Origin: Podarcis bocagei
Lineage: Eukaryota
Length of the DNA: 64,000 nucleotides
Direction: 5' to 3' (one strand)
Assembly (NCBI GenBank): GCA_964188305.1
Contig: OZ076886.1
Shown: one piece after another, positions 23,801 to 35,800 of the stretch
How the letters are laid out: every line of letters begins with the position of its first letter
Numbering within the stretch: the stretch's first letter is position 1
The notes under the pieces: model-generated
Database searches by the model: none
Seen by the model: the letters and a program-made list of their open reading frames with translations, nothing else
What the model was told of the DNA's origin: nothing
Program-made: the position numbers and the translations under genes

Positions 23801-26800
23801 ATTGCCTTAAGAGAAAGCAGAATAGCATATTATGGGGACTTTCCACCTAAACCTAGTTCCCTTCCTGGTGGTCTTTCTTTCTTTAAAAATGTATTTTTAT
23901 TAAGTTTTATCAGATAAACATAATATCTATTTTGGGAAAAGAAATGGCCAACTACACAGAAGGTTTGCAGTATATCAGCCTGTTTGATGTTCAGAGCAGT
24001 ATTCATTGAAACAGTTTGATTCATCCAAGCACAGTTCTCCATAGAGTCCCATGTGTGGAGGGTAGGTGACATGGGTCTTACAACGATAACACATACCGTA
24101 TTTTTCGCCCCATAGGACGCTCCGTCCCATAGGACGCACCTAGTTTTTTTGGGGGGAAATAAAGGGAAAAAAATTTCCCTTTATTTCCCCCCCAAAAGCA
24201 GGTCGGGGAAACAGAACCAGGTCGAGGAACAGCGGGATGGCTGCTGTCCCCCGAGCTTGTGGGGCTGGCCGATGTCTGCCCCAGCGAGGGGCGCTCTGCA
24301 TCAGGGCGCCCCCCCTCGGGGCCGGCAGGCTGCTATCTGCAGCGTGGGGAGCCTTGCTGGGAACTCCGGCAAGGCTCCCCACGCTGCGGATGTCTGCCTG
24401 GTGAGGGGGGCGCTCTGCTTCAGGCCGCCCCTCGCGCCGGGCAACAGACTGCTATCTGCAGCGTGGGGAGCCTTGCCGGGAACTCCGGCAAGGCTCCCCA
24501 CGCTGCGGATGTCTGCCTGGCGAGGGGGGCGCTCTGCTTCAGGGCGCCCCGCCCGCCAGGCGGCAGGCTGCTATCCGCAGCGTGGGGAGCCTTGCCGGGA
24601 ACTCCAGCAAGGTTCCCCACTCTGCGGATGTCTGCCTGGCGAGGGGGGCGCTCTGCTTCAGGCCGCCCCACCCGCCGGGCAGCAGGCTGCTATCCCCACG
24701 CTGCAGATGTCTGCCTGGCGAGGGGGGCGCTCTGCTTCAGGGTGCCCTGCCCGCCGGGCGGCAGGCTGCTATCCGCAGCGTGGGGAGCCTTGCCGGGAAC
24801 TCAGGCAAGGCTCCCCACTCTACGGATGTCTGCCTGGTGAGGGGGGCGCTCTGCTTCAGGGCGCCCTGCCCGGCCTGCAGCAGGCTGCTATCCGCAGCGT
24901 GGGGAGCCTTGCCGGAGTTCCCGTAGGGCTGCCTAGGCTGCGGATGTGTTCCTGAAGCCTGGAGAGCGAGAGGGGTCGGTGCACACCGACCCCTCTCGCT
25001 CTCCAAGCTTCAGCAAAAGCCTGCATTCGCCCCATAGGACGCACCCAGATTTCCCCTTCATTTTTGGAGGGGAAAAAGTGCGTCCTATAGGGCGAAAAAT
25101 ACTGTATTCAGTATTTTTTCTATTTAATGTGTGTCATTGTCGAAAGACACATGTCACCTACCCTCCACACATGGGATTCTATGGAGAACTGTGCTTGGAT
25201 GTATGAAATGTCTCTATCTTTGAGGAACGTCCTCTGTGTTCAGGAGAAGAAAAATAACCATATAATATCCTAACTGATGCTTGTGCCTCTTTCTTTTGCC
25301 ATAAAACTGAACATAGAGTTGCCTTGTCTCAATTACTGTATCTCTTATGTTGTTGCTTCGCAAACATTTCTCACTGTCATTCCTTCAACTTTCATTTCAG
25401 ATCAGGGGGTAGAGGGCAGGCTTGGCCCTTCTACTGTGGTGTTGGATCATACCAGTGGTTTTGAAGGGCTCCTGCTGGTGGATGATGACCTACTTGGGGT
25501 GAGTGTGAGGTAAACGCTGTGAATGGGCTGACTTGTCACTGGGGACTCTCGGTCGCTCTTTAAAGTCTGTGCTGGTGTTTTCTCACTTCATTTTTTGGTC
25601 TCTGTATGTCCTCACTCTCCTTTTGCTTTTGGGCTTAGGTAACACTGGTTCCCTGCTAATATTGGCTAATAAGCTGAGTGCGCATTTCCTATCTCCTGCC
25701 ACTCCTCTTTCTGGAGCGAATCCCCTTCCTCACCATTAAGCAGCTTGTCAGCAGTTATCTCAACTGTGATGAAGGTTAACTAAGGCTACCATTTAACTAT
25801 AATCTGAGACTGCAGTTTGAGATTCTAATTTAAGGCAAACATTAATTGCTAATGTTGCTGACAAACTATTTAACTGAGGTTAATGGGAAAATTTTGTCTA
25901 GGGAGTGAAGGTGATATGTGGAGAGACTGCATGTTTAAGAAAATATTTCCTATTTATTAACTGTGGTCAACATAGAGCCACTATCATGCCGCCATTGGTT
26001 TGATGTTAATAGAAAATGTGTTTTATGCTAGAGTTGCTGATAGGGTCTCTCCCTTTTGATAACACTTGTCAGGTCTTCATTATAACCTTTCCCTTTGGTT
26101 GCTGTTATAGCATGGTTCTTCTTAAGTTTTGAGTTCAGATGGTTCCTTGGTTCTTGGGAGAGCTGCTGGTGGTTCCCAGATTCAGGAATTAGGTACACAA
26201 CTTTTTTGGATGGAGTTGCATTCTCCTTTAAGGATCAAATATGTAGTCTAGGGGTACTTCTTGATACCCAGGTGGCCACAGTGGTGCGGAGTGCCTTATT
26301 TCTGCTCCATCTGGTTCTCTAGCTGCTCTGTGTAGGACACAGTTCTATGAGCACAGTTGTAATGCAGAATGAGGCTGTGGACATTTTGAAGAGCTATACT
26401 GCCTGTGATCATATAGCACCAAATTTGAAGCGTTTGCACTGGCTATCTATGTGTCACTGAGCCCAATTCTAGATGTTGACTGATATATAAAGCCCTGAAC
26501 AGCTAGGAACTCAGCTATCTGAAACAGCACCTGTCCATGTACTGTTCTGCCTGTGAGTTGAGATGTGCTGGAGACACATTGTTAGTTGTGTGCTATCACC
26601 AACTGAACTCTAGTTGCCCAGGACTCAGAATAGGACCTTCTCCCTGGTGGCATCCTGGTGGAGGAACTTTCTCCCCTCTGGAATCAGGTAGGCATCAAAT
26701 CAGGTTTTTGATGTTGGGTAAATATGTTTCTCTTTTGTCAATCCTATAAGGCACAGCACAAATCTGTATGTTTTACACTGCTGTCAGATAAAGTGACTTG

Positions 26801-29800
26801 TATACTGAATTTTAAATGAGGCATGATACAGCAATGTACGTGTTTTGGGATAGTTTTATATAACTTGATCTGTTATAAGCAGCCCTTATAGCATGCAGTG
26901 AAGGTTGGGATGTACATGTTATAAACAAATAAATAAAATGTTCTGATAAGCCCACCTATGCTTTTAAGTCTGAAATTTCTTACTTCTCTGTAGTTTGCAT
27001 TGCACAACTCACTCTTTTATTATGCCTCTATGTATCTTGCTGCCCACCTGTTAACACTCAGCTTAAGTGTTCTGTTTTAAACACTGCCTACATATTCTTT
27101 GTTGTCCTCTATTGGTCTTTAAAGGTTTGTTTCTGATAATTGCTGTCTTCCTTCTCCCCCTCTGCCTCAACCCCCACTAGAGAATTACTTTCTACTTGTC
27201 TATGTTCTACTGTTGATATGTTTGTGTACTGGGTTAGTGGAGGTTTGCTTTGAATGTTTTTCTTGTCAACATGTCTCACTGGGTTCCAGTTCTCAGCTGA
27301 GACAGGAAGGACAGAACCAGCTTTGCCCTGAACTTACCAGTGGCTGTTGTTATGCACTACCTAGCTACCAATCCTATGGCTGAGTGCCTATGGCTGCCTA
27401 ACAATAGAGGAAGTGCCTTTAGTGCTGTTGGCACTGCTGTCAGTTTTTATAGTCATTATGTACTGAAACAGTGTGTTGTCCCATCTGTGATCACTCCTTG
27501 ATCATTCCTTTTGGCACTCTCTTTCTTGGTCTTGCTGCTTCTGACAAATCTTTGGACACACTCTCCTGCAGCCCATCTGGTTCCTGCAGTTGGCCTGCTC
27601 CAGGCTTTTATTCCATGCTGATCCCCTCCACAACTTGACCAAGCAGCTCATTGGGCCAGTAATGGGGTCAGCACAGGTTGTGACTTCTCCAAAGCCAGTT
27701 TTCTGTTTTTGGCACTGGGTGTTTTGTCTAGGAGAAATGGAATCAGGAAGCAATTATGTGGGCATGCTTGTTGTTACATCTGTGTTTGGTGTAACGGCAG
27801 ACCTGATTTTTGAGTGCGCCCAATCCTGGTGTAAAATGAGAGCAACCTATTGTGGAAGTTCTATGATTTGATTAATTGAAAGTGACCTAATACTTTCTTT
27901 AACTGATTTACTTACCCCGCCGCCAACACACACACATTTGCAAGATGTAATGAAACCCTTGATAATGGAAAACACACAATCATGGTGTGTGACTGTCTTC
28001 CTCCTTTGTTTCCCAATTCAGGTAATTGGACATAGTAACTTTGGCTCTATCAGGGCTACTACCTGTGTGTATAAAGGTAAGGACTAGAAAAAAATATGCA
28101 CTAACCCATGGTACTGGTCCAAGTGGCATAATGTGTGCTGCTAGTGAACAGCAACTTGAGATGAGAATTTATTAACAATGAGGTTTAAACAAATTCCTGA
28201 CTTTAATTTTGGGGCTGCATTCATTTCAGGTTTTTGCAGAAAATGTCAGACACTGGACATGCCACCCAGACAGCTTTTTGTTGTAGGGTAGTGTGATACT
28301 AAACAAATCAATCAGGGGTTTTGGAAAAATGAATTCATCCTTTTGAACTCTTCTGGCTGCCAAACCTTCAGACTATTCTAGTTTTATATGTTAATAGCAT
28401 TATACAGAGAATTTTTCATTTGACACATTTGCTGCTATATTTTCTTTTAGGAAAATGGATCTATGAGGTGCTGATTTCATCCCAAGGCCTTATGCAAATT
28501 GGTTGGTGCACTCTCAATTGCCGATTCAATCAAGAGGTAATGCAAGAGCATATTTATTTATTTATTTTCTTACTTATTGTATTTACATTTAGACATCACT
28601 CTTTACCTGAAGTTCCAAGGCTGGAAATCCCAGAAATTACCTGTGGCCCCTTGTTAGACTACTATTCCCATCATCCCATGTTAGCTAGGTCTGATGGGAA
28701 CTGAAATCTTGACAATATCTATATAATCTGGTTCTTTGGAATAGGGAACCTGTAATTCCTTTTCATAACTCGTGTTCTACTTAAGTTGGATATAGTAGTG
28801 GACCCAATTACTAGTGTATATACTTACCAGAAATGGGCATGGATGCTTGGTATATTACAAGGTGTGACTGGAAAGTAGGGTGAATCACTCCTGTATACGA
28901 TAATAGGAACTGCCGGATTCACAGAGCCACGTGGGAGACGTTGGTCCGTATCTCAGCTAACATATGCGCACATGTCTCGGCATTTGTTGACAGGCCTACG
29001 TTGATGCGGTAGCGTTTAGTAGCAGTGCAATGTGATTGAAAATGGAGCAGAGAGTCAATATGAAATTCTGTTTCAAATTGAGTAAATTGGCATCAGAAAC
29101 CCACAAAATGCCCACAATTGTGTACAGAGATGAAGCTGTAACTCGAAAGACAGTGTATGAGTGGTTTAAGCATTTCCATGAAGGGCGGCAAACTATCGAA
29201 GAAGACCCGCAATCTGGCAGACCATCGGCGAGCAAAGCGGCGGCAAATGTTGACAGTTCATGAGTTATTGATGTGGGATCGGCGTTTCTCCATCCGAATG
29301 ATGGCGGAAGAATTGCATATTCCACATGGAATCATTGCTGAGGTTACTGAGCTGCCTTACCTTCTATATTCTCCTAATCTGGCCCCACCGGATTTCTTTC
29401 TTTTTCCAAAACTGAAATCTGCACTGAAAGGGCACAGATTTTCCAACATTTCACACATCCAAGCTGCTGTGACGAGGGAACTGAAAGCAGTATGAAAAGA
29501 GGACTTCCCCAGAAGTTTCCAACAGTTCTATGAACGTTGTCAATGGTGCATTGTATCAGAGGGGGCCTACTTTGAAGGCCTGTATGTTCGAATATTCTCG
29601 CCGTCTAGTTTCTGTGACCATTCACCGAACTGTCAGCTCACACCTTGTATGTTACCCATATGACTATTTCTCTCAAGTCTGTTTCTCCCAGCCTACAAGT
29701 TTCTCAGTCCTTTTTGGTATGTCAGTGACAGTGGTTGAAGAAGGCATATTATTGGAATGCAAAATCTTAATTGTGATCTTTGGTAAAGGTTTGCTTTTGG

Positions 29801-32800
29801 TTTTCATGTTGCATAGGAAGGAGTTGGAGACACTCCGGATTCATATGCTTACGATGGGAATCGAGTGCGCAAATGGAATGTAACCACAACCAACTATGGT
29901 AAAGTGAGTGTCTGCCCCTAATTGTTTTCTTGCTGCACTAAGCATGTAGTCTGTGTATCTCTGTGAACCACTTCACTTGTTTCAAGAACTAGGAACACAG
30001 AAATCTGTTTTACACTGAATCAGATTATTAGTTTATCTGTTTTGGTAATGTCAACACTGACTGCCAATAGCTCTCCAGGTTTTCATAGTCTCCAGTAGAA
30101 CTGGAGACTCTTATTGGGTGGTGTAGTCAGAATTTATTTGTTATTAAGCTTCATGTTTTGTATTTAATTTTATTGTGAAAAACCAATTTCTCTTCCATTG
30201 TGCATATTGGCCCACCAGCAGATCGAGTTTGGCCTGTCCAATCATGTCCACCTGTCAATCAGTGACATCAGTGCAGGTTACTGCATTGTTGTGGGTGCCT
30301 GTTCCTAGCAGGGTTAAACCCCTCACGCATCAGCTGATGAGCAATGGTTAAACCCTGCTCAGTTTGGCTGCGTGCATCTGTCCCTCCTAGGAACAGGTCA
30401 CACAGCCAAAGGAAGCATCGGGAAAATTGGGTTTGCTTGTCTTTGAGGTGGTATTCAATGTTTAGTTCTGTTATGCCCTTTAATGTCAATGGTTCTGCTC
30501 TAACTTAGGTTCATGTATTTTAGTGAAAGTACTTTGAGTAAGACTTAGTTGAATAGCACCCCCATTTTTTTATCCATAACTGGGAAGAAGACTGCTTTAT
30601 GCAGACATTGGCTCTGATAGAGATTTCTCTCTTGTGCTGTGATGCCTGTATGATACAGGGTTCTTTCTTCCCTGCCTCCAATGAGGAGGAGAGAGGAGAA
30701 AGCAGCACTTTGCTAGCCGTGTGCTTGGAGCTTTCCAAAGTGCCAAGCACAGTGCTGGCACCATGTCTTGTGCTGTGAATCCCCAAGCCTGCAGACTTTT
30801 TGAGATGTAGGTTGGAGAACCCTCCTGTCAATCATGTGATGTCACATGATGCCATATGATTTGGGAGGTGGTTTGTCCCACTCACCTACCTGTCAGAGTT
30901 GGCTCATGGGTATCTGGCCTGCGGTACCAAAAAGATCCCATCCGTGATATAGAAAGTGGTCATCCTACTGAGTGGGTGCTTGCAAACACATGGCACATCT
31001 CATATCCCTTGCCTGCTGTAATATAGAACTAGAATTCTGCATGCTGCAATATGCAACAGAAGGGGGTAGAAAGTAAAAACAATGAATCAGTATGGCAGCA
31101 GAACTCTTGACCTGTACAGCTTTTCTTGACTGAATTGGAAGCAATCTCTATATGTTTTTACAGTATCCTAGCAACATTGGTTACATACCCCAAGTCCCAT
31201 CTAATTACCTTTTCTTTTTTCTGCAGTCTTGGGCAGCAGGAGATATTGTCAGCTGCTTGATAGACCTGGATGAGGGAAGCATTTCTTTCTGCCTGTAAGC
31301 ACCCTTATAGAACTATCCTAGATGTTGCTAGTCTGCTAAATTCTGTCCTCTCACCTTCTAAGTATATTCATTGAGAGCTTAAACCAAGCTCCACTAAAGG
31401 GTAAATAGTTACTTCATTCTCAATAATCCTCTACTAAAATTGCATTCAACAAGGAAGGTCCTTTGCCTTACAGCATCTAAATTGTTTCATAAAGTTGGAG
31501 TGCATCACTTCTGAACAGGAGTTTAGATGCTGATAGGGAATGATTCTTGGTACAATGTTATTATGGGTGCAAGAAAGATGAATAGAGAAATAAAACTAGA
31601 TCTACACAAGCTGTAATCAACATGAGTGGTTGTTTTTAACATGACTGTGTGGAGCTGTACAACACAGAAAGCTCTGTAGAGCACTTTGAGTCACTGCATG
31701 GAATTCTTAAGCTGAACAGGACCTTGAACAGGGCTCCAGCAACAACAATTCATATTTTTCTAAGTGTCTCTGCAAGAAGTTATTTCCTAAGATCCTCAGG
31801 CAAAGCAATGGGAGAATTTTGCACTTGGGATTCAGAATCTGCTTTTATTTATATTGACTTGTCATAATACAGAAGACAAGCCGCTAAGCTGTGACTGTTT
31901 CTCCCTTTATGTAATGTCAGATAAATAAGTCTTTTGTGTATAGAATTCTTGGCAAGGTGTGTCAAAACTTTAGGGATTTGTCTCCTTCCCCTCTTTCTTT
32001 TCTTTTTCAGGAATGGCGTGTCTCTGGGGACTGCTTTTGATAACATCTCACGAGGCTCTGGCATGGCCTATTTCCCTGCTATCAGCCTATCATTCAAGGA
32101 ATCCGTTGCTTTTAACTTTGGTAGCCGGCCTCTCCGATATCCTTTGACAATAGTTTTAGCCAAACCGTAGAAATATTTTCCCCGAGCAATGTTGGCATCT
32201 AAAAAGTATCATTCTCTTCTCAGGCCACAACTATGCTAAACCTTGCCAGCCATCCACTGGTTCTCAGTAACATAATAATAGTTAGGAGAAGTGCTATATA
32301 AATACTACATGCTTGACATACTTTATCTCAGTAAGCCTAACAATGCCTCCATAAGGCAGATTCCTACTATTCTACTATTTTTTTTTATCCTTATTACAGT
32401 CTGAGAGTGGCTTTGTCTGAGGCCAGTTTGTAGTTATTCTAAGATTTGGACAGGGGGCCTCTAGCTCTGTAGCTGAAGCTCTTCTTGCCATCCTGAATAA
32501 AAGTTTGAATCTCATTCTTGTCAATATGTCAGAAATGTTATACAGTGGTACCTCGCAAGACGAAAAACGCGCAAGACGAAAAACGCGCAAGACGAAAGAG
32601 TTTTCCGTTTTTTGAGTCGTTCCGCAAGATGAATTTCCCTATGGGCGAGTTCTTGTGAGTTTGTTTCCTTTTTCTTAAAGCTGCTAAGCCGTTAATAGCC
32701 GCTAAGCCGCTAATAGCCGTGCTTCGCAAGACGAAAAAACCGCACGACGAAGAGACTCGCGGAACGGATTAGTTTCGTCTTGCGAGGCACCACTGTACTC

Positions 32801-35800
32801 TCAGGAGGCAGTTTGGATCTCCAGCAGCAGATACTACCTTCTTGAATGATCATTAAGGTGATTATTGGTCAGTGTGAATAAGAAAGACATCCTGAATGAG
32901 AAAGCAGCAATCACCCTTGAATTCCTTTACAATACATGCTGTGCTTGGTACAGATTGTTTTGCAAGGGTGGGACAAGACCTGGAGGCATATGAAATACCA
33001 ATAAATGTGGCAATCATTCTAGAAGCTTGGTGTGGTGGATGAAAGCAAGGATTGGCAGCAGAGGAAAGCCTAGGGACTTAGGATCATTCCTTGAAGGAGG
33101 GGTAGATTGCCTTCTGTGGGGGGTTTTATCCTTAATAATTTCATACATATCCAGTGGAGGGATATCGGCCCTTACAGGACAAACCAGCTGCAGATCTTGC
33201 GAAAGCACAGAAACTGTTGGGGTACCTGAAAAATGTTATTCATACTGGAATAGATGTTACGGTGAGATAATCTTTTCAATGTTATGTTTACTCAGACTTG
33301 CCTTGCCAAAAACTGTTTGCACATTGGATTGATTAGGTTAGGGGCATTTCATTTCATTTTTCAAATTTTGTTGAGGGCTTTTATTACCTGCTGTTTAGCC
33401 AAAGCTCTTCAACTGACTTACAAAGAAGAAGAAAATAAAAATACACCAAAACCAAAGCAGTGATAAAATTTGAGCACAATGTAAATCTAATTAGTCTGTG
33501 CTGGGCAGATAATAAGGTTTCCCTGGTACTAAAAGAAAAAGGAAGAAGATGGTGCCAGGTAAAACCCCCACAGGGGTGCCACAGGAAGAATGTAGTTGGT
33601 CAAGGTAGCCATGGACTCAAAAAGGTTGAAAACCTCTGGCCTAACTGATGCCAAATGTGGCTTAGGATGGTGTTAGTGCAATCTCTGCAAATCCAAGGTG
33701 TATCTCAGAATCCTAGGGGCTTCCTCAAGCTTAAGAAACACTCTTGTAGAATTAGGATCTGTTAAAAATGTGTAACCCTGAGTTATGTATTTCAGGAAGG
33801 GAAGCTGGTGGAAAGAGAGGCTTCCACGTGGCAACTCCAGGGGGAACCGACTGTTTTAATCACCCTTGCACACATTTTTAACAGTTTTGCTCCCCTTATG
33901 GTGAGTTTCCTCCAATGTTACTTCATGTATTTCAGGATCCTCCACCACTGTTTACAAAGTTACGGATGAGAGTGAACTTCTCCTCCTCATCGGTGAATTC
34001 AGTTTTTAACAACAAATTCTCGGACTTAATAGAGGGTCACACCATTGGAATGTTTAGATCAGTTATTTACATCAGGAATGGACAACCAGTGGTCCATGAT
34101 GCCATCCCATTCCCTGAACCCCATCCTTCTGCAAGTTTTAGGCTTGAAAAAAGTCTCCTGTTGATGGCAATAGGAGACAAAAGTCTAATTGTGATGTTGG
34201 GGGGCATTTTCAGAAGAATCCCCATGCATTGCTATCCCCTCCCCACCAAAAATACACACCCCATCCTGAAATTAAGTTTGAAAGCAGTCTTCCATTGGCA
34301 CAAATAGGCTCTTTTGAAGCCTGATTGCTGTGGGGGAGAGTGCAGCCAGGGAAGGAGGAGTTAACCATCCTCTCTCAAGCGGCCATCTCTACAAAGATCA
34401 CTAGCATCCCTATCTAGCAATTAGGTTTCAAAAAAGCTTTGGTCAGGCCTAATTGCTGGGGGAGAAATAGTTTTCTGTTGAGAAGGTATAGACACATATG
34501 TAGGGGAGCATATAATAGATTTGAGTAGCTGCATCCTCTTGGACCACACCCATTCTTGCTTTGGCTGTGCTCACTGCTGGTATGTAGCCCACAAAGCATT
34601 GGCCAAGGTGGAATGTGACCCTCGGGATGAAAAAGGCTCCCCACTGACGGGCAGCATTGCTCAGCCGTTAAAGACAGAAATCTGTGCCATCTCTGCCTAG
34701 AGACACCAGGGATTGAATGTGGCATCTTTTGCATGCAAAGCATGTGCACTGCCACCGAGCACCAGCATTTCCAACTCCAGTGCTCACATACAGCGAGTGA
34801 CGCAGTCTGTCCTGTGCATCTGTGCACTTCACTCCTTTTGACTAGATTAACCAGCAAGCAAAGGATCCCAGCCAGATGGGTGCGGTATAAATAATAAACA
34901 ACTACTACTACTACTTCATTTATTATTTATTATTATATTATCATTATCATTAACATCTTTTGCCAGTTTGCTGCTGGGCAGAGTTCAAGGTTCTTCTGTC
35001 AATTCACAAAACACTAAATAATTTGGGCCCAAAATACCTTAAGGACTATCTGATCCCTTACGCTCCACCTTGGCCACTGAGATCCTCTGATGGGGCACTT
35101 ATTGTGGTTCCCCACAACCACGAGGTTCAGCCAGCCTTTACTATGAACTGAGCCTCTAGTGTGGAAGGCTGTGCCCTGTGGAACTCCCTGCCATTTGAGC
35201 TTTGGCAGGCATCATTCCTACCTTCTTTTAGAAGTCTAAAAATGGTGTCATTCAGAGAGAGCTTTGCACTGTGAATTTCTTTTTACCAACCATTATTTAT
35301 TGATGTTTTTATTGCTGTTACTGTAATTTTGTATGCTGTGAACTACTTTACTGTATTTTTTTAAAAAATGGAAACATAGTTTATAAATAATAAAGAAATA
35401 GCAACATTATGAGGGGGGGGGAGTGGCTCTTGGAAACCAATGAGAAGGTGGATCCTGAGTAAAGGGACATTGTTGGGATGTGGGACAACCTGTCCTTGGA
35501 GTTCTCAATGTAGTCTAGGGAAACGGCTGCTGTGAGCCCCCTCAGAGCTGCAGCAGCACAGAGTATTCACTGTTCTTGACTCTGCTGCAGCATCATGATA
35601 AAGCTAGTCTGTTAAGTCTTCTGCTTTAATGAATTCTTTTCTGCAGTGCAAAGTGTACTTGGTGGAAGATGTGCTTATGAACTTCCTACTCAGCATCCTG
35701 GAAGGAGGAGGGTCTGTGGAAGCGCACCCTCTTATACAGCAGTTGTTGGATCTCATGTGGCTTCTCATGGAGGTGAGCTGCTGGAGTGCTTTTACTCTCA

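Noticed and set aside
24271-24945. CRISPR-like array of palindromic repeats
   Set aside because: Whole units are repeated with no unique spacers, no cas genes, and the context is eukaryotic.
24149-24955. 268-aa repetitive ORF and overlapping ORFs
   Set aside because: By-product of a GC-rich 119-bp tandem repeat inside a transposon; all frames are stop-poor and the peptide repeats shift frame.
29036-29495. Domesticated mariner-derived gene
   Set aside because: Frameshift, stops, a large internal deletion and retained TIRs indicate a dead transposon copy.
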